This document shows, piece by piece, positions 10,810 to 23,270 of a stretch of DNA of 64,000 bases. Position 1 is the stretch's first letter, and each line of letters starts with the position of its first letter. Source of the DNA: Gnetum montanum. Taxonomy: Eukaryota; Plantae; Gnetophyta. Location of the stretch: positions 1 through 64,000 of the forward strand of contig MNCI01002829.1 of the NCBI GenBank assembly GCA_015680685.1. The letters run 5' to 3'. The position numbers and the translations under genes are program-made. The notes beneath the pieces were generated by a model. It did not search any database, was not told the DNA's origin, and saw only the letters and a program-made list of their open reading frames with translations.

Positions 10810-13235
10810 ATGTCGCACAAGGAAAAAGCAGAAGCCCCTCAGAAATTTCAGGATGTCAACACCTTTACCTTCTCTAAATACTTGTAGCTCCACCAATGGA
10901 TTGATTGAGTATCATTATAACTAGATATAGAAGAAATGGATTTGTTCAATATTGATGAAGATTATGAGCTAGTAGAAAAATCAGGCTTGCAATCAGCAAC
11001 ATTAATGGAAGAATGGTGTGAAATCTATGAGAAAACAAGGCTACATAAAATTATTTTTAGGCTAAGAGAAAATCTCATTACATATGTCTTGAATTACTTA
11101 ATATTAGAAACATTTTACGAGAAGGAGAAGTTGTGATTCAAAGGAAATAAATAGTGCTATATAGAAATTAGTATCAAAAAGATGTATGAGCTTTATGGTC
11201 TCACAAAGGTAGACATCATGGAGATAAAGGCCTAATAGTATATGAAGAATTAACTGAGTAGTAAATTCTAGAACCACCCTAAGCTAGGAAAGGCCATCAA
11301 GATACCACCGACAAGCTTAGCAAAGGCATAGTGATATAGGAACACCATCCGAAAAGCTTTAGAGCTTAGGTTTCCTCATTGGATTTTCATTTCTGCTCTA
11401 AAATTTTGTTCTAGAAATTATGTTAATATTGTCTCTAATTACCATGTATGGACCTAGGTAGCTTTAGAGAATAAAAGACCTTCTTTTCCAATTCAATGTA
11501 TGAATGATGCCCTGTAGAAAAGCTTGTCTGAAATTCATGAGCAAGGTAGTCAGCTAAGCCTTAGTTCATTTTCACTAGACTACTTGTTAAGTGAGGTTCT
11601 AAAGCCAGAAAGGATAGCTTTCATTTTCATAGGATATACTTCACAGAGGAAAGCCAGACTAGAAGCTTCTTGCTATGGTTTCTTTCCATTAATTTAAAAG
11701 AGAAGCTACTTTGATGTCCATGCCCTAGAATTTCTAAGAATTGTATTTACCCTCATTTGATAAAGCTGATTCTAAGAGCCCTTCCACCAAGAGTAGGTGA
11801 ACAAGCAATTAATAAAATAAAAGGAAAATGTCATGGAGCTATTTTCTTTCATGCTTGTTACAACCAAATCCTTATAGCAAGTTTTGAAGGGAAGGCTTTC
11901 AAATTACCTAGATTTGTAGCTCCTTACCTAGCAACCTTGAAAGTTTGAAGACAAATGTGGGAAAGCCCCTTAAGACATGATTATAAGCATAAAAAGGTTT
12001 TTCCTTTAAAGTTTGGCTTCTAGGAATTTTCCAATTCAACACATTTAAGAAGAACAACTAAACGATACAAAGAGAAGTGTAGTTTTCCTCTAGCTCTAAA
12101 GAGAATTTATTTGACTACAAATACTAGAAAAGTCCATCAACATAGCAATGTAGTTTAATTAAGAACCACATATAGGGAAGTGAATCAGGGCAAGAATGAA
12201 GCCTAAGAATAGCTTTAATGAAGTTTATTAATGAAGCTTCTATCCAACGCCTATGATCAACCCACAATTGAAGTATGTAGGTGGATGGAGGATAGGGACC
12301 ATCCTTTAGCTAGAGACTTTTTCATCAAATATTTAGTGCTACTGGAAGAAAATTATTTATCTTAGAAACTATTGGAGCTAGAGGAAGCCATGCCCAATGA
12401 AAGATTCCCACTTAATGAGACAAAATATTCAAGAGTTGAGAGAGCTAGGAAGTTGAAATTGAAAAGGATAAGGCTTAACAAAGAAAAATAGCAACAACAA
12501 CTTCTAGAGCAACAAAAATCGAGCTAGGGTAGCAACAGTAATCACTAGAATAGTAAAGATTTATGGAGCTATAGCGGTAGTAACAAAAGGAAGGGGAAAG
12601 TTCATCATATGCTCTTACTATTCTAAACTTTCCTTCTAGCTATTTAATGAAGGGATTAGCTTGGTCTTTCAAGATAAGGGAGAAAGAGGGTAGGACCATA
12701 CTAAGCTAAAAGCTTCCAACAACACTAGAAACAAAGGCTAGTATCATCTTCAAATACAAGGAAGATGATCTACAAAAAAGACAACAAAAGCTCATAATGT
12801 CACATGGGAAAATGTCAGATACTATAGTTACTTTGATCAAAGAGATGGGACAAGTAGTTACAAGAGTTTTTGCTGTAAAATGAGTAAGCAATGTCCAAGC
12901 TACAAGGAGAAATTAAGAGCCTAATAGAGAAGAATGAACAACTCATAACAACGATAACTATCAAGAAATCATTGCTAGAGAATAAAGATCCAAGAATAGC
13001 CCAATTAGAGGAAAGAGTATCTACAATGAGCTCAAACCTAGAACAAGCCAGAATAGGTAAGTCTTTAGATTACTCTCACCTTGCCCTCCCAAACTTTAAG
13101 GAATTAATTATTGAGATGGATTATGATAATGAATGGATGAAGGAAATAAGAGAAAAAAACAAGAATAAGAGAGAAACAAGCCCTGTTCATGCAAATAGAG
13201 GAAAGATAAATCTTAAATTGCAATTAATCACTTAA
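10810..13235 (+). pseudogene. Long degenerate accessory ORF antisense to an adjacent gypsy pol (Tat-lineage-type antisense ORF), C-terminal coiled coil
   Basis: Coding-like fragments LVEKSGL..., IEISIKKMYELYGL, PPRVGEQAI..G..F..Y..I...FKLPRFV, and heptad-rich KLQGEIKSLIEKNEQL..IAQLEERVSTMSSNLEQ; many stops and frameshifts. Confidence 0.5.
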
Positions 13236-13419
13236 GCTCATTTACTAATAGAGGCTAATTAGTGGCATCCATGCCTTGGTGGTACCAAAGACCAATAACC
13301 ACCTAAAACAAGTTTAATTAAAAAGCTATTATCTTGTGGCAGAGTTATCCACAATTCTACCACAACACATCTTCGAATCTACTAACCCACCCATATACCA
13401 CTAATCTCATATGTAGAAT

Positions 13420-15500
13420 GGTAGGTTCCTTATCAAGAGGATTGTAAATTCATTCATTTTCTATCCATTTTCTTTTTTTCTTATATTTTGGAGTAAACTA
13501 ATCCATTTCTAGCTAAGTAATCTTATCATTTATGTATTCTAAACTATACACCCTTCCAATCCATATCACATCTCCTTCACTCTCCTTTCATGGACTAACC
13601 AATAGGATCATTCCATTATTAATATCATGAAAAGGAATAAACACCTTTTTTTCATTTATTTTTGCACACATAAACATATGCCCCACTGTGGTTATTTTCA
13701 TTCTCATTGTCATTTGTCTCTTATGTACTTATTACTTCTACTTGAATTATTCTTGGACAAAAAAGTTTGAAGACATTGGTGGAATCATATTTAAATATTG
13801 CAATCCCTATAGTCTTAAATTACACCAAACCAATATTTAATTTTACTACTCCACTCTAATATGTTTAACTTTAGCATCCCTTCCACAATTTCTCTTAAGG
13901 AACTTATATGAAATATTATACATTCAATTACTTTTACTGTATATTCATAGGATTCATCTAATCCACAAACTAGCTTCAATAGATCTTTTATAAGAATTCA
14001 TGGATGCCCATCAACTTTATTCCAAAGTTCAAATGGCTTGGACCATTTCTTTTCTCTTATATTCTTCTTGCAAATCATAACTAGAATTTCACCTTCTGGA
14101 TAAAACCTGATATAGTGAATGTGTTATGTGCCACATGATGTTTTTACTTGAATGGAAATAAACTCATTAACATATCTCTTAAAGTCATATATTTCATTAA
14201 TATAGTATGGACTCTAGTTTCCACCACTATCAATATCTATTATACAATAAAGATTCATCAGTTCTAGTAGTAAAGTCAGTTCTATCCTTGACATTGTCAT
14301 GGATAGCCTATTAAAGCTTCCATTGATATCTTCATCGATGTGATCCATAAAATGAAATCCTAGCTATGTTACCTTGAAAATATTTTTGGTTATCAATAAA
14401 GACACATAGAAGAATATGTACTAGTTTTTGTTATCTCCTCCACAATTGTCCATTTGTAAGAAAATTTTTCTAGTAGTGACTAAAAATTCATATTTCTAAA
14501 TTATTTGAAATATCTCATTGATATTTTTCATAATTTTTTAACAAAGACTAAGATAGCAATGTTTTATTTAATTCATACCTTTCTTCAAGTTTGTTATCAA
14601 ATAGTATATCCCCATATTTTTTAATAGGATGCTCTTTCAAATCTCATAAATACTTTGACATGAAGTCACAGTGAACTAAGATCCCATCTATGCATAAAAT
14701 GACATGAAATGTCCAAAGCCTCCAAAGCCACGATCCTTCACTAGTATCCTAGTTAAAGATATTTAGCATTTTTCTATGTTAAGCACATCCTTAGGTAGAC
14801 CTAGTAGTTGAGTTATCAATGTATTCAACTTGTCCATTCTATCATGAATAATGCTAATGTAATTTAGCAGCTATCTTATTCTCAAATCTCTAGGAATGTA
14901 ATATGTATGTCTACATACTATAACATAGTCATAGTATTTTCACAAGTCTCTTTGTATTTTTTCCTTCTCTATTGGGTCAACTGTGTATTTTCTTCTCTTA
15001 TAAAGGGTCTAACATATTCTAAAAATTGAGAAATTATGTTTCTTACTGAATGTGACATTTGGAAAATGCTAATTAAAGATCCTCAAAAGTTGGCTTTTAC
15101 TAATTGGTTATTTTCCAAGGTCTTCTAAAATTGGATTTATGTAATTTATTTTTAATATTTTCTAATTCATTGCCATGGAAAAGGATTTTACTACTTCACA
15201 TGTTCCATCTTGTAGAATAATCTTGCTTTTGGAAGGTGACTGATTGACAATCTCATCAACCAATCTTTCTAGAATAGTAATTATTACTATTTTACTAGAC
15301 TAAGGCTTTATTTTTCCTTAGTTTCAATGATCATAGCATACATGTCCCTACTTGAAATTGTTTAAGTAATTATAGAAAGAGCTTCTTGGGATTCCATGGA
15401 TAGTGAACCATGACTTTTTAAATACTTCTTTGTCATAATACTTCATGGTTATTATTTCAGGATGACCATTCATCATGATCTTATTTGACTAGAATCCTTT
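13420..15500 (-). pseudogene. pol: Highly decayed Ty3/gypsy pol (RT-RNase H-integrase)
   Basis: Minus-strand remnants YTVDPIEKEKIQRDL (RT start, ~14940-14990), CIDGILVH (YxDD-derived, ~14670-14695), integrase WGIDF...PMS-like remnant at ~13770-13825. Confidence 0.5.
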
Positions 15501-16439
15501 CAAAATGAGTGGCCTAACATCATTTTTTTCTAACATAGACATCATTGTGGATGTTGCAAATATTTCTCCCAAAGTAATATTTTGAAGACATTTTCTCTTT
15601 CAGCATATCTTCTACATTTTATTTGTATTTTTTTTTGACCAATTTCAATGATAATCAAAACCTTTTTTATTGTTATCATGATTTCCTAATCCTATGACTT
15701 GTCTTTTTCTCTAAGCCTATTTCTCAATAAATGTGTTACATATTGAATATATAGGTTTTCTATTGAGCAGTTTGACTACCTTAATCTCTAACCAAATATT
15801 AACTAGATGCTCCTCTAGCACAACCACACATGGAATATAAATGTACGTATCTCCCTCCATAACACAAACACTTCCTTCTTTTAATACAAACATTAATAGC
15901 TCATCTCAACGGAAGACATTGCATTTATGACATTCCTCAAATATATTCTTAAGATGTATTCCTCATTTATTAACAGCAAGCTTGGTTATCACATTTTATG
16001 ATTCTAAATCATCATGACTCATAATTCCCTTTTGATTATCCTTTCTTGAATCCATGACAATATCTTCTTCATGCATCTTGTCTATAAAGCCAATAGCAAG
16101 AAGTCCTGATTTCAAACATTCATGAACAATCCAAACCTTTCTCCCAAATAATAAATCTCTTTCACATGTAATTCTTGATGAAGCCTCCATCCTAATGATG
16201 CATTGGGATTAACAAAGTATTAATTTAGAGTAATAAAAAATAATATATTAATTTTTTACCCTCATTATTTGAATTTATCTAATGACATAACGTCAACTTG
16301 TAGGTAACAAGTAATGGTATTATTTTTAATGAAGAAAGATTTCAATGTACTATTGAAAATTCAATCCATGTGCCCAAAAATTATATGATTGTGAAAGGTC
16401 AAGCCGTCTCATATAATAGTTGATGTACTATTTTCAATG

Positions 16440-16900
16440 TAGAGAAATTTCTACCTACTATAGATTATTTAACCAATACACTAGAACCTTCATGGTTGTA
16501 CAAGTTCTACTTATAGAGATATTCTTTAATTCTTTTGTTTTTAGAAAATAGATATTTCTACATACTATAGATAGTTCATCCCATATAACAAAACCTACAC
16601 ATTCATGTAAGTTCCCATAGCTGAGCTATTATTTAATTGTAATTTCTTGTATAAAGAGAGATTTCTAAAACTATTGATAATTCATCGCATTTAGTAGAAA
16701 TTGCATAACTTTGTAAGTTTCCTCTAGGTAAGATAACATTTGATGTTATTAATTATAGTGAAGATTAGTTACTATAGATCATAAATAACTCAGCCTAAAT
16801 GCCAAAAAATGCATAATTATGTAGGTTTCATCAAGTTGGATATAATTCTATCCACAAGTCACAATGTACATGATCGTGGAAGTTCCCAGTAGTTAAGATA
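16440..16900. repeat. Degenerate ~105-bp tandem repeat, about 4 copies
   Basis: ACTAT(A/T)GAT anchor at 16457, 16564, 16670, 16771, each followed by a GTA..AGTT(T/C)C-like motif. Confidence 0.55.
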
Positions 16901-17593
16901 AATAGGAATGAGATGATATCATTCTTAGTCAATCATGCATAATTGTGCAAGTTCACTCTCTTTTACCAAAAAAATTTTCAATATGACATGAACAATTTAA
17001 TGTATTACTCCCAATCTATCATGCACGGTCATGCATGTTCTAGTTTTTGGAAATATACCTAGTAATATGGATATCATGATATAATGTCAATTTTTTAAAT
17101 ATGTACATACATTTATTATTTTGGATAATTTGTAAATTCATCTATTTATATTTAACTATTTGAATATCTTGACAAAGAGACTACTGTCCTAACTTTATAA
17201 TTTCATCACATGTCCATTAGGAATATTTAGCTTTTTAAGTTTCATGAACCAGGATGCATATTGGACGTGACTTTGGGAGAACCAAAGTTTTTTTTCCTCC
17301 AAATATTGATAACATCATTGTTGTCATCATCCTAGGCTTGTCCCAACAAATGCAACATTATTTAAAGGCCAACATAACATAGACTTCACTCCTACAAATA
17401 GTGAACTTTTATACTATACCCAGGATTTCTTTAAAACCAATTAGTCATGACTTTTGTGCTAGTTCCATTAAAAATCATTTAAGCCACAAAAAATTAGCAA
17501 TCAAAATATTATAGCAAATCAAACCTAGTTGGTTGGGAAATGTAACCAAACCGAAAATATAATTTCCAATGTTTAATAAACCTTAAGTCTTGT

Positions 17594-18110
17594 ATCATCA
17601 TCATCATCATCATCCTAGTCTTGTCCCAATAAAATTGGGTCAATTACATGAGTTATAGCTAGATCGTTATTTATTTGTAGTTTCTTTATATCATTGTAGA
17701 TTATTTTTCCCCATGTATTCGTTGGTCTTCATTTTGATGACTTTCCTTGAACAATGATGTAGCAACCTTTGTTTATGAACTTATTATCTGATCTTCTTTG
17801 CACATGTCCAAACAATCCAAGTCATCATTTTTATAGCTTATGGAATAAAAGCCACTCCAAGTCATCCTTTGATGTCTATATTATGTAGTTTATCTCTTCT
17901 AGTAACATTCAACATCCATCAAAGTATTTGCATTTCTGCCATACTAATTTGTTATTCATACCTCTTTTGTATTGACCAATGTTCAACATCATATATGATA
18001 GCAAGCCTAATTTGTTTCTTGTAAAATTTCAGTTTTAATTTTATTGGTATTGTTTTATCACATAGAACATCACTAGCCTGTCTCAATTCTAACTAAATTT
18101 CCTCAATTCT
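17594..18110 (-). mobile_element. 5'-truncated RTE-clade LINE (RT C-terminus, 3' UTR, (ATG)n tail)
   Basis: Minus-strand translation RQASDVLCDKTIPIKLKLKFYK..IR.AI.Y..EHW..ISMAEMQIL.WM...TRRDKL..GLFGHVQR is typical of RTE RT; plus-strand (CAT)n at 17594. Confidence 0.8.
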
Positions 18111-19760
18111 TATATGTTGTTACTAAATGAATGGTTTGCCTACTTGAACAGCAATGTTTATTGAGTTTGGTCTACCTACTAGATCATAACATTTACCAAG
18201 AGTGATTTGCCTAGCAAAATACATATCTAAATCCTCTAACATGATTGGCAAAATTCCTAACTACTAAAGCAAATCCTAATAATTTTTAGTTGTGAATTCC
18301 GATCCTTTCTTCATTTAATTAATAGGTCAAAACTACAATTTTGATGTCAAAACATTACGCATAGAACTCTAATAGCCAAAGTAATCCTTTTCTTCAACCC
18401 TTCTTGAGTGGACGTTGTTATACAATGTGATGCCATGACGAAAGTCATATGGTTGTACGATTGTTAAAGAGGACCTCAAGAGTCATGCTGCCATGATAGA
18501 AATCTTTGCCTTTCACATACTAGTTGTAGAAGAAATTGGGTTCAAAGAGATTGAAACACTTGTAAAATCATAGTGAATGGATCCAAAAATTTTGACAAAA
18601 TCAACTAGAATTAGAATCAAGTTAAAACTGAATAAAATCCATAATGTAACATCATCATGATGATAAAAAAACATATCTAAATCCAACTCACACAAAACAT
18701 GCATTATTGAATCCAATTATCATGTTCAAATACTTAAATAGATTATGCACTAACCATAAATCCAAAAACCCAAAAAAATGACCATTGTAATAAATAATGT
18801 TATCGAAAGAAAGCCTTGCATGATCAAGATCTCCCAAATATGTTCTAAACATTAAGCAAATTCAACAATAAGTGGCCATATGCAAATAGAATCTAAAAAT
18901 GAATTATGGAAAGTAATTATGTAAATCTAAAGGCTACATAGGCTTAGCTTTAGCTTTTGTCCTATTTGTCAAGATCTTCCTCTCTTCAGCTCTATTTCCT
19001 AGATGTTGGCAATGCAAATGGATGATTTCTAATGGAAGGATGGTTAGGTATTTATACTCACAAGGGCATGCCAAAGTTTGATTAATGGTTAATTCTAATG
19101 GAAAAAAAATAAAACTAAAAAGAAAATACAATTAACCCATAATTTTGTAAAATTAAATAAAAAATAATATTTTTAAAATAGGTCTAAAACTAACATTAGC
19201 CTACTAGGGTATCCCTAGGTACTCCTTAATAGCTATGTTATCTCCAATGACTTACCAAAGGTCCAAGGTTTGAAACAAAATATAACCAACAAGTGTACTA
19301 CCCCATATTCCCATGCTAAAATAAAATTCCAAACCAATAAACAAACATTTAATTAATTTTCAAGAAAGTATCAAAGCATGCCAAATATACAACACATTGC
19401 GTACCACATGCTCAATGTAGAGCTCCATGCACTAATGATCCTTTAAGTACCAAATACTTGCTTACTCAAAACTCTAACCAAGGGGTTAGTGCACATAGGC
19501 ATAAAATAAAAATTAGATAAATACCACATATACATTATAAAATAAGTGTAGTGGTAGCACCCATATAGTTCAATTAGAACTTTATAACTTAGCATTGCCC
19601 ACAGGAATCAAACTATTAATTTGGAGCTTTCAAATTACAATTACAAATAACATAGCTCATCCATCATTATTACAATTTGGAGCTTTCAAATTACAATTAC
19701 AAAGAGTATGGCCACTAGGCTAATACTTCATTATTACAATTACAAAGCATATAGCTCATC

Positions 19761-20030
19761 CATCATCATCATCATGATATCCTTGTTCCAAAAAAATGGT
19801 GTTAACTACATGAGTTCTTTTTCATTATTCACCTATATGAAGAGCTAGATCTTTGTTTATTTATAGTTTCTTTAAATTATCTTTGATCACTTTTTCCCAT
19901 CTCTTCTTTGGTCTTTCTTTCAATGGCTTTCCTAGAAGAGTAGCGCAGTAACCTTTGGTTATAGGCTTATTGTCTAATCTTCTTTATACATGTCCAAACT
20001 ATGTAAGTTACTATTCTTGTAACTTATTTG
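19761..20030 (-). mobile_element. Second RTE-LINE 3' fragment; shorter 3'-end copies at ~17324-17360 and ~20572-20660
   Basis: (CAT)n followed by TTGT(T/C)CCAA..AAAT.G..T.A.TACATGAGTT, and ACATGTCCAAAC (FGHV) shared with the 17594 copy. Confidence 0.7.
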
Positions 20031-23000
20031 AAACCCACAAATTAGACATTTTGAGCATGCCACACCAAACATAAGGTACCAAACACAAAGTATATGCTAG
20101 TCAAAATAATACATTAAGGGTTCAAATCAAAGGACATACTAACAAAGAGGAGGGGTCTAGGAATGAGGTGTTACAATGCTTACTTGGTGTCCAGTACCCC
20201 CACCACACTCTCATCCTGCCAGTCATAATTACCTATTTGACTCATCCAGTATGATCAATATGCATAATCATAGGAATCATATAGACATATATATGTATCA
20301 TTTACTAAGATTTCAAAAAAAAATATCATAAAACATTATAATTGACTAAGCATGCCCATAAATCCAATAATATCTAACCACACATCTAATTAAGCATTAA
20401 TATAATATCATAAGGTCCTATGGTGAGGCGTTACACTAACCTAGGTTGAAAGCTAATTTTATGCTTTAATTATTTCAAAGAAAAATGAATTTTTAAAGTC
20501 TAGTAAAACTTATTGTTATTTTCATGTATTGAAGCTTTGAAGTTTAAAAATTATTAAATCCTCTTATAAATCATCATCATCATCATTCTAGCTGAATTCC
20601 AATAAAATGGTGTTAGCTACATGAGTTCCTTTTTTTCATTCACCTTTATGAAGAGCTAGTTTAAGTTACCATTCAAAATTATTATTACTATGCTTACTTC
20701 TTTACTCATACCTATCTAAAAAAGAACTTATCAATGAGATTTGGTATAGTTTTATAGTTAATTGCTAACATGCTACTAACCCTCCTCCTTTCATATTCAA
20801 GCTTTGAATTAGGAGAGTTAATGAAACCCTTTTATAAATCTTCTTGAAAATCTAATGAAGCCAAGTAGACTGTTTACTTTATTGATATTTTTGGTTGTGC
20901 ACAATTTCCTTCCTATGGTCACTTTAGAAGATTTTATTCTCATTTTGTTCTTTGAATCAAATACCCAAGACATACAACCTAGGGAATTGTCTCCATTTTA
21001 TATTAACTTGCATGCATATCCATTATGCCAACACATGCATCTTCAATGATCATCATCGATAGGTAGGGATAAAATCCAAGAAAACCTATTTATATAAAAT
21101 AAAAAAAATGATTTCAATCTCATCCAAGTAGATATCAAAGTAGTATGCACTTCTATTAATAATTAAGAGGTTGAAGGTTCAAATTTCTTTATCTAAAATC
21201 TTTAATAATTGTTATAGAAATATACTTAGAATTTTTCAAGAAGCCTTCATGATGAACTATTATCTATGCACATGAGTTAAGGAATAATGAGATAGTTTCT
21301 ATAGCCTAGTTGAGAAGGAATTCAAACTATTCATTTACAATAAGTTTAGCTTCTTTTTATTTATTTAAAAATAGAAACAAAATGCTAAAAATATTCTTAT
21401 TTTTTTATTTAAATATATTCATTTTAAAATATGACAAAATACAAGGATATAATCATTAAATATGACAAATTGTATTATATATTCTTAATAAACACTTTTA
21501 TCAACTTCATAAATGTATTAAGCATTGGTAAGAGCTAGAGGCATGACCAATCATTTTGAATACCATTTGTTTATCTAAATGATGTTTTGATTATGTTGTT
21601 TTGTATGTTTCATAAAAAATCTACAAGTGGTTAGATGATCAATAATGATATTGTTCCTTTAAAATGCTAATTGAAGAAAGGATACAAATTATTCTCTTTA
21701 TCCTAGCAACTTCACAATTTTTACTTTAGTTGTATACTCCTTTGAATGTCACTAAAATATTATGAATCGTCTAATATTTTTTTAAACCATTTTAAATATA
21801 TTTATTTAATTTTTTCTAGTGGTAGTTAGCCCATTTTAACATCAAGACATATAGTCCTTTTTTCATTTACTACTTTTTATAAAATTTTGTAAACTTTGAT
21901 AAAGATAAACAACAATATTTGTTTAATAATCAATATTATTCTTGCCTTCTAAAGGAGACAAACATTGATAAAATGCTCTCTTCAAATGAAAATTGAGGTA
22001 CCTCTTATTGAAATAACTTTTAGAAATTCTTTGCTCATGCTTTATTATGTTCAAAACATTTCTTTATCGCATGCTCTTATAAACTATAGAAACACCTCTC
22101 CAAAACAAGCTCTTCAAAATTGATATCTTGCTATACTTAATAAAAATTTATTTTATGGTATTTTTTAAATATGTTTAAACAAATAAAGATAGCCAAAATA
22201 GTTATAAAGTAATAGGTTTCAAAAGGAAATATTTTATAATAGATAGAAAAGTGTTTTATATGGCCAATTTTTGTTTGAGGTTACAAATTTGCAAGGTATA
22301 AAGCATAAAACTTGTTCATTTGTAGTTGTTTCAAATGTTACCTAGAACACTTGGTAATTTTCTTAATTATGTTTTCAAAACTCATAGCATGTATATTTCT
22401 ATTTTCCAATAGATCCAAAGGGTGCATGGAAATAATAAAATTTTAGTTTCAATTATTGACAATGACACTTTCTTGCATTTCTCATATGCATTATAAAATA
22501 GAAAAATAAGCTTGATGAACATTTCAGGTAGGATGCTTTGTTTTTGAAATTTTGGATGGAAACACAAATATACAAAAATTTTTGGTGGGACTCCTTGTTT
22601 AAAAAATTTGAGAAAAATAGTATGTGACAATATGATAAATATGGGTAGGATCTTTAGCAAAATGAGTACCCAAATTCAAATTTGGAAGAAAATTTTGAGC
22701 GGTAACCATAAGTAAGAATTTAAAAAAATTTTAGGAGTAAATATGTATGGGAATTTTGAAAAATTTTAGCGAAAATTTTTGAATAATGAAAATCTGAATA
22801 AGTGTTGTACTTTGACAAGTTTAATTGTATTTTCTTCTTATGCTAAATTAACCTTTTGCAACTCTAAAACATCCCTTTATTGTGTTTTTAAATGTTTAAT
22901 ATATCTCATTACCTATACCTACTCTAGAGAGAGATTTTTGAATCATATGGTTCCTCAACATGTGCATATGTGCTCTTATCTTCTTTGAGTTATACCCTTA

Positions 23001-23169
23001 TATAGATTGAGTTACTTTTGTGAATTCATTTTATACTAGATTAACATAGTTTTTAAGCTTTATCTTTCTTTCTTAAGTCCCATTGTGTTTATACTTATTA
23101 TCAAAATTCTTCTTTTTGTTCTTCATACACTTACCTAGAGTGATTATAAGGTTTTTGTTTTTTAAGTCA

Positions 23170-23270
23170 TAAGATTTAGGTTGAAGGTAGGCATAGCTAC
23201 TCAAAAAAAGATTAGGCTTCCACTCATCCACTAACCCTTCTAGAATCTACCTTGGTAGGATGAGCATGTG
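23170..23270 (+). mobile_element. Decayed tRNA-headed SINE-like repeat; related copies ~37460-37600 (-) and ~39010-39140 (+)
   Basis: B-box-like GGTTCAAG/GGTTGAAG followed by A-run and TTAGG.TT.CACTCATCCAC shared between copies; loosely Au-SINE-like. Confidence 0.4.
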
